DNA of 64,000 nucleotides from an uncultured bacterium (GTDB lineage Bacteria; Omnitrophota; Omnitrophia; Omnitrophales; Abzuiibacteriaceae): NCBI GenBank assembly GCA_964387845.1, contig CAYLXA010000004.1, positions 32,001 to 96,000 of the forward strand, read 5' to 3'. Shown piece by piece: positions 55,618 to 64,000 of this stretch (position 1 is its first letter; each line of letters starts with the position of its first letter). The notes under the pieces were generated by a model. It saw only the letters and a program-made list of their open reading frames with translations, ran no database searches and was not told where the DNA came from. The position numbers and the translations under genes were made by a program.

Positions 55618-56541
55618 TTACACCGCGCTGGCGGCGACTGCCGGACCCCGAGCAGCCGTCCACACAAGGACTCTGGCAATAATGTTGACCAATAATGCAA
55701 TCACAAACAAAATAAGCCCCACTTGAATCAGGGCTGCTAAGTAAATTTCGCCGGTTGCTTCCGTAAACTCGTTGGCAATCACGCTAGCCATGCTGTGCGC
55801 GGGCGCAAAAATCGATGCTTTGATTTGCGGCGTGTTGCCGATCACCATTGTAACGGCCATGGTCTCGCCAAGCGCACGGCCCAAACCCAAGATCACAGCT
55901 CCTAAAATTCCCGAACGGCAATAGGGAAGAACGGCGATTTTAATGGATTCCCATTTCGTGGAGCCGAGCGCGTAAATGGCCTCGCGCTGATTGTTGGGCA
56001 CGACGAGCATGACTTCGCGGCTGACAACACATATATAAGGAAGCGCCATAATCGCCAGGATTAAACCGGCGGCCAGCATGCCGATTCCGTACATCGAACC
56101 TTGAAAAATAGGTAAAAAGCCGAGGTATTTATTTAAAAAAGGCTGCACGGATTCGCGGCACCAGGGAACCAGAACAAAGATGCCCCACAAACCGTATACG
56201 ACGCTGGGAATGGCGGCTAAGAGTTCAATTAAGAAAGACAGGCCGGTCCGCACCCATACAGGCGCGTATTCGGCTAAATAAATCGCGGAACCAATTCCGA
56301 GCGGAACGGCGATGAGAAGCGCGATAAGGGACGATACGATAGTTCCATAAATAAAAGGAAGCGCTCCGAATTCATCCTGAACAGGGTCCCATTCGGAGCT
56401 GGTGATAAATCCGAACCCGAATTTTTGAATAGAAGGCCAGGCGCCCACGATCATTTCGTACGTAATCAATGCCATGACGACCAGCACGGAAAATGCCGCC
56501 AAAAACATCAGGAACTTAAAAATCTGATCGCCTCTGTTCAT
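55618..56541 (-). CDS. pstC: Phosphate ABC transporter permease PstC.
   Basis: Permease fold. Operon context. Confidence 0.85.
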   Translation of the reverse strand: MNRGDQIFKFLMFLAAFSVLVVMALITYEMIVGAWPSIQKFGFGFITSSEWDPVQDEFGALPFIYGTIVSSLIALLIAVPLGIGSAIYLAEYAPVWVRTGLSFLIELLAAIPSVVYGLWGIFVLVPWCRESVQPFLNKYLGFLPIFQGSMYGIGMLAAGLILAIMALPYICVVSREVMLVVPNNQREAIYALGSTKWESIKIAVLPYCRSGILGAVILGLGRALGETMAVTMVIGNTPQIKASIFAPAHSMASVIANEFTEATGEIYLAALIQVGLILFVIALLVNIIARVLVWTAARGPAVAASAV

Positions 56542-56571
56542 GTACGCCTGACCTTCTCTTCAAAATGTAAA

Positions 56572-57609
56572 TTAGACCGTCACTTGCGCTAACTTTTCTT
56601 CAATCGGCCCAATGATTTCATTGGGGAGCGGTGCGTATCCAAGCTCGGCCGCATATTTCTGGCCGTCATGAATGGCCCACTTTAAGAAATTAAGAACCGC
56701 TTTGCCCCTTACCGGATCTTTTTGGTTCTTGTAAATCAAAATCCAGGTAAACCCAGAAATCGAATAAGCATTCGCGCCGTCCGGATTCACGATAGAAACC
56801 CGAAAATCCTTCGGCATTGAGCTTAATTTCCCCGCAATTGCGGCAGAAGTTGCTTCTAAGCTCGGTTCAATAAAATTTCCGGCTTTATTTTGAATGGAAG
56901 CATATGCCAGGTTGTTCTTATCCGCATAAGCCAATTCAACATAACCGATAGAACCGGGAGTCTGTTTGACAAGGCCAGTGACGCCTTCGTTGCCTTTTCC
57001 GCCTAAACCGACTGGCCAGCTCACTGATTTTCCAACGCCGACCTGTGCTTTCCAAGCTGTGCTAACGCTCGTTAAGTAGTCGGTAAAAATATTCGTTGTT
57101 CCGCTTCCGTCCGAACGATGAACAACGACGATCGGAGTGTTCGGAAGTGTGACGCCGGGATTGGATTGAGCCAGTTTTGGATCATTCCAACTCTTAATAT
57201 CTCCGAGAAATATACCAGCGACATCGTCTGCGGTCAATTTTAAACCTTTTCCGACACCATCGAGGTTATAAACTACCACGACGGCTCCCGCAACCATCGG
57301 AATATGGAAAATCTGGCCGCCTTCGGCATTTTTGAGTTCATCGGTGGTCATTGGGCCATCTGTTGCGCCAAAATCAACCGTCATGGCGCTGATTTGCTTT
57401 ACACCGCCGCCAGAACCGATTGATTGATAGTTGAAACGCACTGAAGGATCTATGGATTGATATACGCTGAACCATTTTGAATAAATCGGATAGGGAAATG
57501 TCGCGCCCGCTCCGTTAATCAAGATGCTGTCAGCATAGACATTGGAGAGTCCAAGTCCCAACGCCATTGCGACTGCGAGTAATTTTTTAAACATGTTCTG
57601 TGCCTCCAT
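56572..57609 (-). CDS. pstS: Phosphate-binding protein PstS.
   Basis: Signal peptide. PstS family motifs (SIGSGGG, GSGTT). Confidence 0.85.
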   Translation of the reverse strand: MEAQNMFKKLLAVAMALGLGLSNVYADSILINGAGATFPYPIYSKWFSVYQSIDPSVRFNYQSIGSGGGVKQISAMTVDFGATDGPMTTDELKNAEGGQIFHIPMVAGAVVVVYNLDGVGKGLKLTADDVAGIFLGDIKSWNDPKLAQSNPGVTLPNTPIVVVHRSDGSGTTNIFTDYLTSVSTAWKAQVGVGKSVSWPVGLGGKGNEGVTGLVKQTPGSIGYVELAYADKNNLAYASIQNKAGNFIEPSLEATSAAIAGKLSSMPKDFRVSIVNPDGANAYSISGFTWILIYKNQKDPVRGKAVLNFLKWAIHDGQKYAAELGYAPLPNEIIGPIEEKLAQVTV

Positions 57610-57618
57610 TTTCTAATG

Positions 57619-59151
57619 TTAAAATTTCCAAACCAAATCAGTCTGGAATCGGTTGGTTCTTTGATCGCCGGCGGTTGTAATGTTTGAGTCGTACGGCGTC
57701 ACATTGAACCATGCAAAATTCAGTGTCGTGTTCTTGGTTAGCTGATACCCGGCCTTCACAACCGTACCGATATTGTTGGCATGGCCTTGGCCAAAATCGC
57801 TATCCGTAAAGGCGCCGACGACCGAGTTGGGCGGAATTGAATACCAGGCAAAACTGGTTTCCCAGTCGCCGCGGTCTTTAAGTTTTCCTGCTTTCACGCC
57901 ATAACCGATCGCAGTATCTTTCATGGCGGAAGCACCACTCACAGAGCCATTGTTAACATTGGTGGCAATGTCATTGAAAATTGAAATCGGCGTATTTAAA
58001 ATCGGCGTCAATTTCAATTCGTTGTAAAATTCCAATATTTTCGGATTGCCCATTTCCAAACCTGTACAAGGGCCCGCGCCCGCAGTGCCTACGCAGGTGG
58101 TGTTGCCGCGCGCAAGGGGAGATAAGGTATCCAAAATGTAATTGCCGTCCGAAGCATAGTTATCGAAGGCGTAAAACGAGACTGCCGAATTGACCTCAAC
58201 CGGCCTCTCCGACAAAGGCGTATAACCCACTAAATTGAAACCAGTTTGAAAGGCAAACAAGTTAGCATCAGTTTCTCCGGCGCTGCCTTCTTTAAGAGGT
58301 GATTGCATGGCAGTACCGAACCAATTCACTTCGTTGCCTTCGCTTTGATATAGGTTCACGTCGATCTTTTCATAGACACCTTCCGGCGTTACGTCACCAT
58401 CCCACACCATCGGGCTTGAGTACTTTAGGAATGGGTTGTCAAATTTACCGCCGCCGATTTCAAAACTCTTGATGCTGATAGGTCCTAACGCCAAATCCTT
58501 GAAAAACTTCGGAACATATTTAGCATAGGCTTTTTCAATAACGATCGTATTATATGAAAAGAGCCCCGGACTTCCGAGTGTTTGATTGGTGGAAGTTGGA
58601 TCGCCTGCATAAACCGTCCTGGCTCCTCCGCCACCTCCCGTGCCCGTATCGCGGTTGTTTAAAACGCCGCTTGCAAGCCGGAAACCAACCGTCAAATCAT
58701 CGCCGATGCCGTTTTCGATTCCATAACGCAAGCGATAACGGAAACGATTCCGATCCGCATTGCCATTGTCGGCCGTTGAAGAATTACTGTCAGTTTCGCC
58801 TTGGGCAAAATTTTCCATACGAAGACGGAAGTCACCGCCCATTTTTAAGTTCTTAAAATAACCGACATTCTTAATTTCATTTTTGAGCATGTCCTGAAAA
58901 TCTTTTTCGGACATTGGCGTTGATGGTGCAGATGACTGCGGAGTGGCAACGCCATCCATTTTTCGGGTTTCCAAAACCTGAATGCGTTGATTTTGCGCGT
59001 CGATTGTTTGGCGCATTTTCTCCATTTCTTTTGCCATGTTGTTCATGACTTTCTGCATTTCATCGCCCATCGCGCCGAGATCGGCATATGCGGGCAACGC
59101 CATGGCTAGGCTTAGCACAATCGCTAAACTGGCAGTGATTAACTTTTTCAT
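57619..59151 (-). CDS. Outer-membrane porin, probably phosphate-selective (OprO/P-like), with an N-terminal coiled-coil.
   Basis: Signal peptide ALPAYA. Coiled-coil. Beta-barrel with a C-terminal VWKF. First gene of the pst operon. Confidence 0.55.
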   Translation of the reverse strand: MKKLITASLAIVLSLAMALPAYADLGAMGDEMQKVMNNMAKEMEKMRQTIDAQNQRIQVLETRKMDGVATPQSSAPSTPMSEKDFQDMLKNEIKNVGYFKNLKMGGDFRLRMENFAQGETDSNSSTADNGNADRNRFRYRLRYGIENGIGDDLTVGFRLASGVLNNRDTGTGGGGGARTVYAGDPTSTNQTLGSPGLFSYNTIVIEKAYAKYVPKFFKDLALGPISIKSFEIGGGKFDNPFLKYSSPMVWDGDVTPEGVYEKIDVNLYQSEGNEVNWFGTAMQSPLKEGSAGETDANLFAFQTGFNLVGYTPLSERPVEVNSAVSFYAFDNYASDGNYILDTLSPLARGNTTCVGTAGAGPCTGLEMGNPKILEFYNELKLTPILNTPISIFNDIATNVNNGSVSGASAMKDTAIGYGVKAGKLKDRGDWETSFAWYSIPPNSVVGAFTDSDFGQGHANNIGTVVKAGYQLTKNTTLNFAWFNVTPYDSNITTAGDQRTNRFQTDLVWKF

Positions 59152-59334
59152 TATTGCTCCTCCTTAGATGCTGCTGTGTTTTATTTTTTTTATTAGATTG
59201 AGTTAGAGATTTAGGATTTATGAAAAATAAAGCCGTCATGCAGAGCGCTTTATCCTATTTCCCACGCCGCTAATGGTAAAAAAGCGGTGTCAGGGATATT
59301 TGTAGGGAATGTAAAGAGTGTGTAAACTGACCGC

Positions 59335-60600
59335 TTACCGAAGGGGAAGGGTAAACGAGAAAGAGGTGCCTCGGCCCGGCTCGCTTGAGCAGGATACTTT
59401 ACCGCCATGGGCTTCAATGATGTGCTTGACGATGGCGAGCCCGAGGCCGGTGCCGCCCAATTCGCGCGAACGCGCTTTATCGACACGGAAGAAACGTTCA
59501 AAAACGCGCGGGATCAATTCGGCAGGAATGCCGTCTCCGGTGTCGCGCACGGTAACGGTGAGTTCAGAATTTGATTTAGCAACCTCAATCAGGATTTCGC
59601 CTCCCAGACGGTTGAATTTAATCGCGTTGTCCAACAAGTTTAATAGCACTTGCTTGATCTGATCTCGGTCCGCTTGAATTTTTGGCAGGGAAGCGGGAAG
59701 TTTGTGCCGAAGCGTCAGTTTCTTTTGCTTCCAGCTCGGCTCCAGGGATTCGGCTGCATTTTTAATTTCATCAGCCAGATCAACCGGTTCACACTTCAAA
59801 ACAGTTTCTCTAGATTCGATCGTCGAAAGTTCGAGAAGATCGCCGATCAGGCGATTCAGCCGTTTAGCGTCTTCCTCAATTAACTTTAAAAAGCGCTGCG
59901 AGTGCTCAGGGTTCATTTTGGATTCCGAGGTCAGAGTCTCGATAAAGCCCAAGATGGAAGTAAGCGGCGTGCGCAGTTCGTGCGAGACATTGGCAACAAA
60001 GTCGCGGCGGATATTTTCAAGTTTCCGGATTTCGGTCAAATCATACAACACAAGAATGCCGCAAACCGTTTCGTCTTCCGGGTGTGCGATGCCGACTGCG
60101 CTGGCTTGAAGAAATTTCTTCTGACTACGCGAAATTTCGATTTCTTTCGTGATGATTGATTTTTCCATAATTGCTTTTGTCATCATGGCATCCAAAGTCT
60201 CATTCCGAACGGCTTCCAGAAGGCTTTTTCCAGCCGCATTTTTTTTTGAAATTTCAAACAAAGCTTGCGCGCTCGGGTTGATGAGCAGAATTTGCAGGTG
60301 CGAGTTTACCGCAATCAGGCCTTCCGACATGCTGTCGAGGATTGTGGTGAGTTTGTTGCGCTCGTCTTTTGCAGCGGAAGCTTCCTCTTCGAGTTCTGAG
60401 ACAATGCGCTGAATCAAATGGAAGAGAAGGCGGCTTTCTTTACTAAATACGGTAGTGGGCTGGTGTATTTTTGATGCGAGCTGTTTGACAGCGGCGATTA
60501 ATTTTAGGATTTTTTTAGCGTATAAATTTCGAAGTATAAAACCGCAGAGAATAATTCCTGTCACCAGCCCGGATAAGAATAAATAAAAATTTCCATCCAT
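59335..60600 (-). CDS. phoR: Phosphate regulon sensor histidine kinase PhoR.
   Basis: N-terminal TM helix, PAS domain, HisKA VSHELRTPLTSI, HATPase_c. Overlaps phoB. Confidence 0.8.
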   Translation of the reverse strand: MDGNFYLFLSGLVTGIILCGFILRNLYAKKILKLIAAVKQLASKIHQPTTVFSKESRLLFHLIQRIVSELEEEASAAKDERNKLTTILDSMSEGLIAVNSHLQILLINPSAQALFEISKKNAAGKSLLEAVRNETLDAMMTKAIMEKSIITKEIEISRSQKKFLQASAVGIAHPEDETVCGILVLYDLTEIRKLENIRRDFVANVSHELRTPLTSILGFIETLTSESKMNPEHSQRFLKLIEEDAKRLNRLIGDLLELSTIESRETVLKCEPVDLADEIKNAAESLEPSWKQKKLTLRHKLPASLPKIQADRDQIKQVLLNLLDNAIKFNRLGGEILIEVAKSNSELTVTVRDTGDGIPAELIPRVFERFFRVDKARSRELGGTGLGLAIVKHIIEAHGGKVSCSSEPGRGTSFSFTLPLR

Positions 60601-61298
60601 TAGGGTGATGATTCCGAGTCGAACCGGTATCCGACATTTTTAACGGTCACAATTTTTTCCGCTTCAACTTTTAATTTTTTACGAAGTTGCCGGATGTGCA
60701 TATCCACCGTACGCGTTTCGATGTTCAGCGATTTGTCGTAACCCCAAACGCGGTCAAGGAGCGTTTCCCGAGAAAGAACCCTCCCGCCGGCTTCCAGCAG
60801 CGTTTTGAGAAGGTCGTACTCTTTGGAGGTGAGGTCAACCGATTTTCCTTTAAGCGTGACGATGTGTTTTCCGTGATCCATTTCAATCGTTCCGGATCGG
60901 ATGACGTCACTTTTTGGTTTTTCTTGGGCGCGGCGCAGAATGGTTTTGACGCGCGCCACCAGTTCGCGCGGGCTGAAGGGTTTGGTGATGTAGTCGTCAG
61001 CACCCAATTCCAATCCGACGATTTTATCGGCTTCCTGGGCCTTCGCTGTCAGCATAATGATCGGAATGTGCGAGGTTGCATCGTTTTTTTTGAGCACTTT
61101 ACATACCTCAAGGCCGTCGATTTCGGGGAGCATTAAATCAAGAATGATCAAATCGGGCTTTAATTTGCGCGCAAGTTCCAAGCCGGTCAGCCCTTTTGCG
61201 GAATGCTGAACGCGAAAGCCTTCTTTTTCCAAGTTAAATTTGATCAACTCAGCAATGTTTCTTTCGTCCTCAATAATAAAAATAATTTCTTTTGCCAT
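60600..61298 (-). CDS. phoB: OmpR/PhoB-family response regulator.
   Basis: Receiver domain plus a winged-helix C-terminal domain (RVWGYD ... TVDMHIRQLRKKL). Confidence 0.85.
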   Translation of the reverse strand: MAKEIIFIIEDERNIAELIKFNLEKEGFRVQHSAKGLTGLELARKLKPDLIILDLMLPEIDGLEVCKVLKKNDATSHIPIIMLTAKAQEADKIVGLELGADDYITKPFSPRELVARVKTILRRAQEKPKSDVIRSGTIEMDHGKHIVTLKGKSVDLTSKEYDLLKTLLEAGGRVLSRETLLDRVWGYDKSLNIETRTVDMHIRQLRKKLKVEAEKIVTVKNVGYRFDSESSP

Positions 61299-61447
61299 AA
61301 AACCCTTTTTTCACGCGTATGATACCGTAGCTGTCAAGCTTTCAGAAGGGTTATTTGGAGAAGGGCTTAAATTTATCTCTAGCGGTAACAGCTAAAGTTA
61401 GGATAAAATACTCTGTTTTTTGAAACCTTCAAAGATTTTGAACCAAT

Positions 61448-62248
61448 TTGCCGATTTTTAGTCATATGAAAAGAGCCGATTTAAAGCTTTTGACTGCAGT
61501 CTGTGCGTTGCTTTTCACCCTGGCTGGCTGTGCGCAGCACGGGCCTTCGCTCGGGACTTCCACGTCAACTCACACCATCGGCGCCGCAACGTTTTATTCA
61601 CCCTACGCGGGTTATCAAAATATCACGCACGAAGTGGGGCCCATGGAAACCTTGTGGCGGATCGCGAAGGCGTATGATGTGGATATTAATGAAATCATGC
61701 GCGTCAATCGCTTAACAAGTTCGAATATCAACATCGGCCAAAAGCTGATGATCCCGCAGACCAAAGGCCTCCGGCCCGTCATTCCTCTATATAAGAAGCG
61801 CTCATGGTCTTATATCGTGATTCACCACACCGCCACAGAAACGGGGAACGCAACCAAAATCGACGAGATGCACCATAAGCGCGGATTTTGGGACGGGCTT
61901 GGCTATCACTTTTTAATCGATAACGGGACCGCCGGAAAGCTGAACGGCCAAATCGAAATCAGCCCGCGGTGGATCAAGCAGCAGGACGGCGCGCATTGCA
62001 ATGCGGCCGGCATGAACCAGATTGGAATCGGAATTGCGCTTGTCGGAAATTTCAGCGAATCGCAAGTTTCGGATCGTCAGCTTGATTCCCTTGCTTTCTT
62101 AACGGCCATTTTAATGAAGCATTACAATATTCCGATCGAGCACGTGGTGCGGCACGGCGATGTGCCCGGCAAAAATACGGAGTGCCCGGGAACCAAATTC
62201 CCGTGGCCTGAATTTCTCAGGCGGCTTCAAAAAGCGCTCAAAAACTAA
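61448..62248 (+). CDS. N-acetylmuramoyl-L-alanine amidase (Amidase_2/PGRP) with an N-terminal LysM domain.
   Basis: Lipoprotein signal. LysM: TLWRIAKAYDVDINEIMRVNRL. Amidase_2 His/Cys zinc ligands. Confidence 0.75.
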   Translation: MPIFSHMKRADLKLLTAVCALLFTLAGCAQHGPSLGTSTSTHTIGAATFYSPYAGYQNITHEVGPMETLWRIAKAYDVDINEIMRVNRLTSSNINIGQKLMIPQTKGLRPVIPLYKKRSWSYIVIHHTATETGNATKIDEMHHKRGFWDGLGYHFLIDNGTAGKLNGQIEISPRWIKQQDGAHCNAAGMNQIGIGIALVGNFSESQVSDRQLDSLAFLTAILMKHYNIPIEHVVRHGDVPGKNTECPGTKFPWPEFLRRLQKALKN

Positions 62249-62257
62249 TCAATAGGT

Positions 62258-63286
62258 TTGAAATCAGTGAAATTCCGAAATTTCAAAAAAATCCCAGCCG
62301 TTTTAATTGTGTTTACACTCGGCATCAGCTTGCCTCAGCCCCTGGAAGCGGCGCCTTCCGGAATTTTGGCGCATTCGGCAATTGTCGTACACAAAAATAC
62401 CGACAAGATTTTATTTTCAAGGCGTTCCGGGAAAATTATGCCGCCTGCCAGTACCGTGAAGCTGCTCACCGCCCTGACCGCAATTGACCATGTATCATTG
62501 GATGAGCCGATCCGCATCCGCGCAGCCGCAACAAGCGCGCAGCCGAGCAAGCTTCATCTCCGATCCGGCGAAGCGATGTATCTGCGCGATTTGATCAAAG
62601 CTATTTTGATTTCATCTGCTAACGATGCAGCGAAAGCCATTGCAATCGGGGTGGCGGGTTCGGAATCCAGTTTCGCCGACAAAATGAACGCAAAAGCGCG
62701 AAGCATCGGTGCACGAAATTCAAATTTCATGAACGCGAGCGGGCTTCCGCAGGAAAATCAATACGCAACGGCTCAGGATATGCTTAAAATCATGCAGGCA
62801 GCCGAAAAAGTGCCCTTTTTCATGGAGACCATGAAAATCAAGGAAACGCATGTGCGAACCACGGACGGCCGCCGCTTTTATTTGAAGAATCACAACAAAA
62901 TGCTGTGGCGTGACAGCCGTCAGATTATCGGGAAAACCGGCTGGACACGGAACGCCAAACATTGTTTTGCAGGCCGCATGGGATCGGGCGACAAGGCGGT
63001 TTATGTGGTCGTGATGGGCAGTAAAAACAAATGGAAAGACCTCGAGCGCCTTGCAGATCTTTATGTGAGTAAGCATAAATCTTACCTGTCTAAAACCTCA
63101 TCCAAGTATAATGTGACCCAGATTCAAAGCGCGCTCCAAAAGGCGGGATTTTTTAATCGAAAGCCTACCGGATTTTTCGGCCCCATTACGCGGAAGGCTG
63201 TGGTTAAATTTCAAAAAGCGCATCAGCTGAAACCTGACGGCATAGTGGGCCCGAAAACATGGGAAAAATTAAACCGGTATTTATGA
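62258..63286 (+). CDS. D-alanyl-D-alanine carboxypeptidase (S11, DacA-like) with a C-terminal peptidoglycan-binding domain.
   Basis: SxxK: PASTVKLLTA. SxN: SSAND. KTG: GKTGWT. PG_binding_1: GIVGPKTWEKL. Confidence 0.8.
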   Translation: MKSVKFRNFKKIPAVLIVFTLGISLPQPLEAAPSGILAHSAIVVHKNTDKILFSRRSGKIMPPASTVKLLTALTAIDHVSLDEPIRIRAAATSAQPSKLHLRSGEAMYLRDLIKAILISSANDAAKAIAIGVAGSESSFADKMNAKARSIGARNSNFMNASGLPQENQYATAQDMLKIMQAAEKVPFFMETMKIKETHVRTTDGRRFYLKNHNKMLWRDSRQIIGKTGWTRNAKHCFAGRMGSGDKAVYVVVMGSKNKWKDLERLADLYVSKHKSYLSKTSSKYNVTQIQSALQKAGFFNRKPTGFFGPITRKAVVKFQKAHQLKPDGIVGPKTWEKLNRYL

Positions 63287-64000
63287 TCTTCAAGCGTCTG
63301 ATCAGTTCTTTTATTATTTTTAGCGTTGCGCTGAGCGTCCCCGTTTTCAGTGAAGATGCGGAACCGGCCGCCGAACGCCAGTTTGCTCCCAGGAAAAAAC
63401 CTTTACAGGAAGAAAAAGCAGAGCAGCCCGCCGCAAGAACGGTCATCAACGAAAACGAGGCTGTCATTGCTGATTTTGAGGAGGGGCTCAAGAATAATTT
63501 GGGCGGTGAGAGCGGCTCATGGAATATTGACGAGGAAAATCCGGGCTCTGTTATCAATATCGAAGTTGTTGAGAAAGAAGAACCTAACCAAAACAATCAC
63601 GCGCTCCGCATCGACTACAAACTCGATGCTCCCGAGTCGGTTCAAAACGGTTTCTGGACAAAGCTCCGGAGTTTTGATTCCGAGAAATATGATCACTTGC
63701 AGTTTGATATCCGCGGTGACAAAGAAAAGCCGTTTACGGATGTTCTTAAAATCGAGCTGAAGAAATTTAAAGACAATGAGCGTGTCGAAAAAATTAAAGG
63801 CACATCGATTGTAAAGGGTGTTACGTCCGAGTGGCAGACGATTCGGATTCCGCTTAATCAAATGACGGGGCTTCTTAATTTTTATGACCCGGAGGTTTGG
63901 AAAAATCCGTCGCTCGGCCGTAAGGAGCTGGACGAATTCGTGGTCGTGCTCGAAAGCCGCCGCGTTTCACAAAAAGCCGGCACGCTCTACCTTGATAATG
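63285..64000 (+). CDS. Secreted hypothetical protein, 3' partial at the window end.
   Basis: ATG at 63285. Signal peptide MIFKRLISSFIIFSVALSVPVFS. The frame is open to the window end. Confidence 0.4.

Noticed and set aside
59152-59334. A Pho box upstream of the porin-pst operon.
   Set aside because: I could not identify a convincing CTGTCAT-type direct repeat by eye. The operon is probably Pho-regulated given the adjacent phoBR genes, but no specific site is called.

Overview
This window looks like a compact genome of an uncultivated bacterium with about 50% GC. Adjacent genes frequently overlap by four bases (ATGA/TAATG), which suggests translational coupling. Both tRNA anticodon calls rest on hand-folding and should be confirmed with tRNAscan-SE.

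Gene content, in order:
- The 3' 13.2 kb of a giant gene encoding at least 4412 aa. Its reading frame is open to position 1, and it carries two zincin-type HExxH motifs.
- def, bcp, yjbQ, a DUF559 (Vsr-like) endonuclease, and a TMTC/PMT_2-like TPR membrane protein.
- An RHS/YD-repeat polymorphic toxin with FG-GAP-like repeats, a DPxGH core and a C-terminal glycine-zipper plus A-x-S-x-G domain. It is followed by an overlapping small lipoprotein and two further lipoproteins.
- A two-component signalling island: four tandem paralogous membrane histidine kinases, a fifth large kinase and three receiver-only regulators. Embedded in it is a cassette of KAS, ACP, an acyl-ACP-reductase-like protein and a PP-loop amidotransferase, plus a four-helix-bundle (23S IVS family) protein.
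- tatA, tRNA-Arg(TCT), a CDF transporter, exbBD, murJ and tRNA-His(GTG).
- An Rrf2-regulated sulfate ABC operon (sbp, cysTWA).
- A znuA/znuB-like pair with a porin and a His-rich small protein.
- A complete Pho regulon on the minus strand (phoB, phoR, porin, pstSCAB, phoU).
- A LysM amidase, a DacA-like carboxypeptidase with a PG-binding domain, and a 3' partial secreted protein.

The most unusual aspect is the repeat landscape:
1. A GC-rich REP-like palindrome family (CCCTCACCC..CCCTCTCCC/GGGAGAGGG..GGGTGAGGG) inserted in-frame into two histidine kinases and the TMTC gene. The same palindromes flank the DUF559 endonuclease gene as inverted ends.
2. A ~200 bp MITE with 16 bp terminal inverted repeats, present in two copies.
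3. A three-copy structured intergenic module whose hairpin stems covary between copies.
4. Pervasive heptanucleotide tandem repeats. These occur as AT-rich inverted heptad arrays after four genes, as GC heptads in-frame in the TMTC and RHS genes and as a 137 bp intergenic inverted array, and as heptads at the same loop position of HK3 and HK4 where HK1 and HK2 carry the REP insert.
5. A perfect 28 bp palindrome in-frame inside def.
6. A duplicated 5' tRNA-His fragment followed by three hairpins.

No CRISPR array or rRNA gene was seen.
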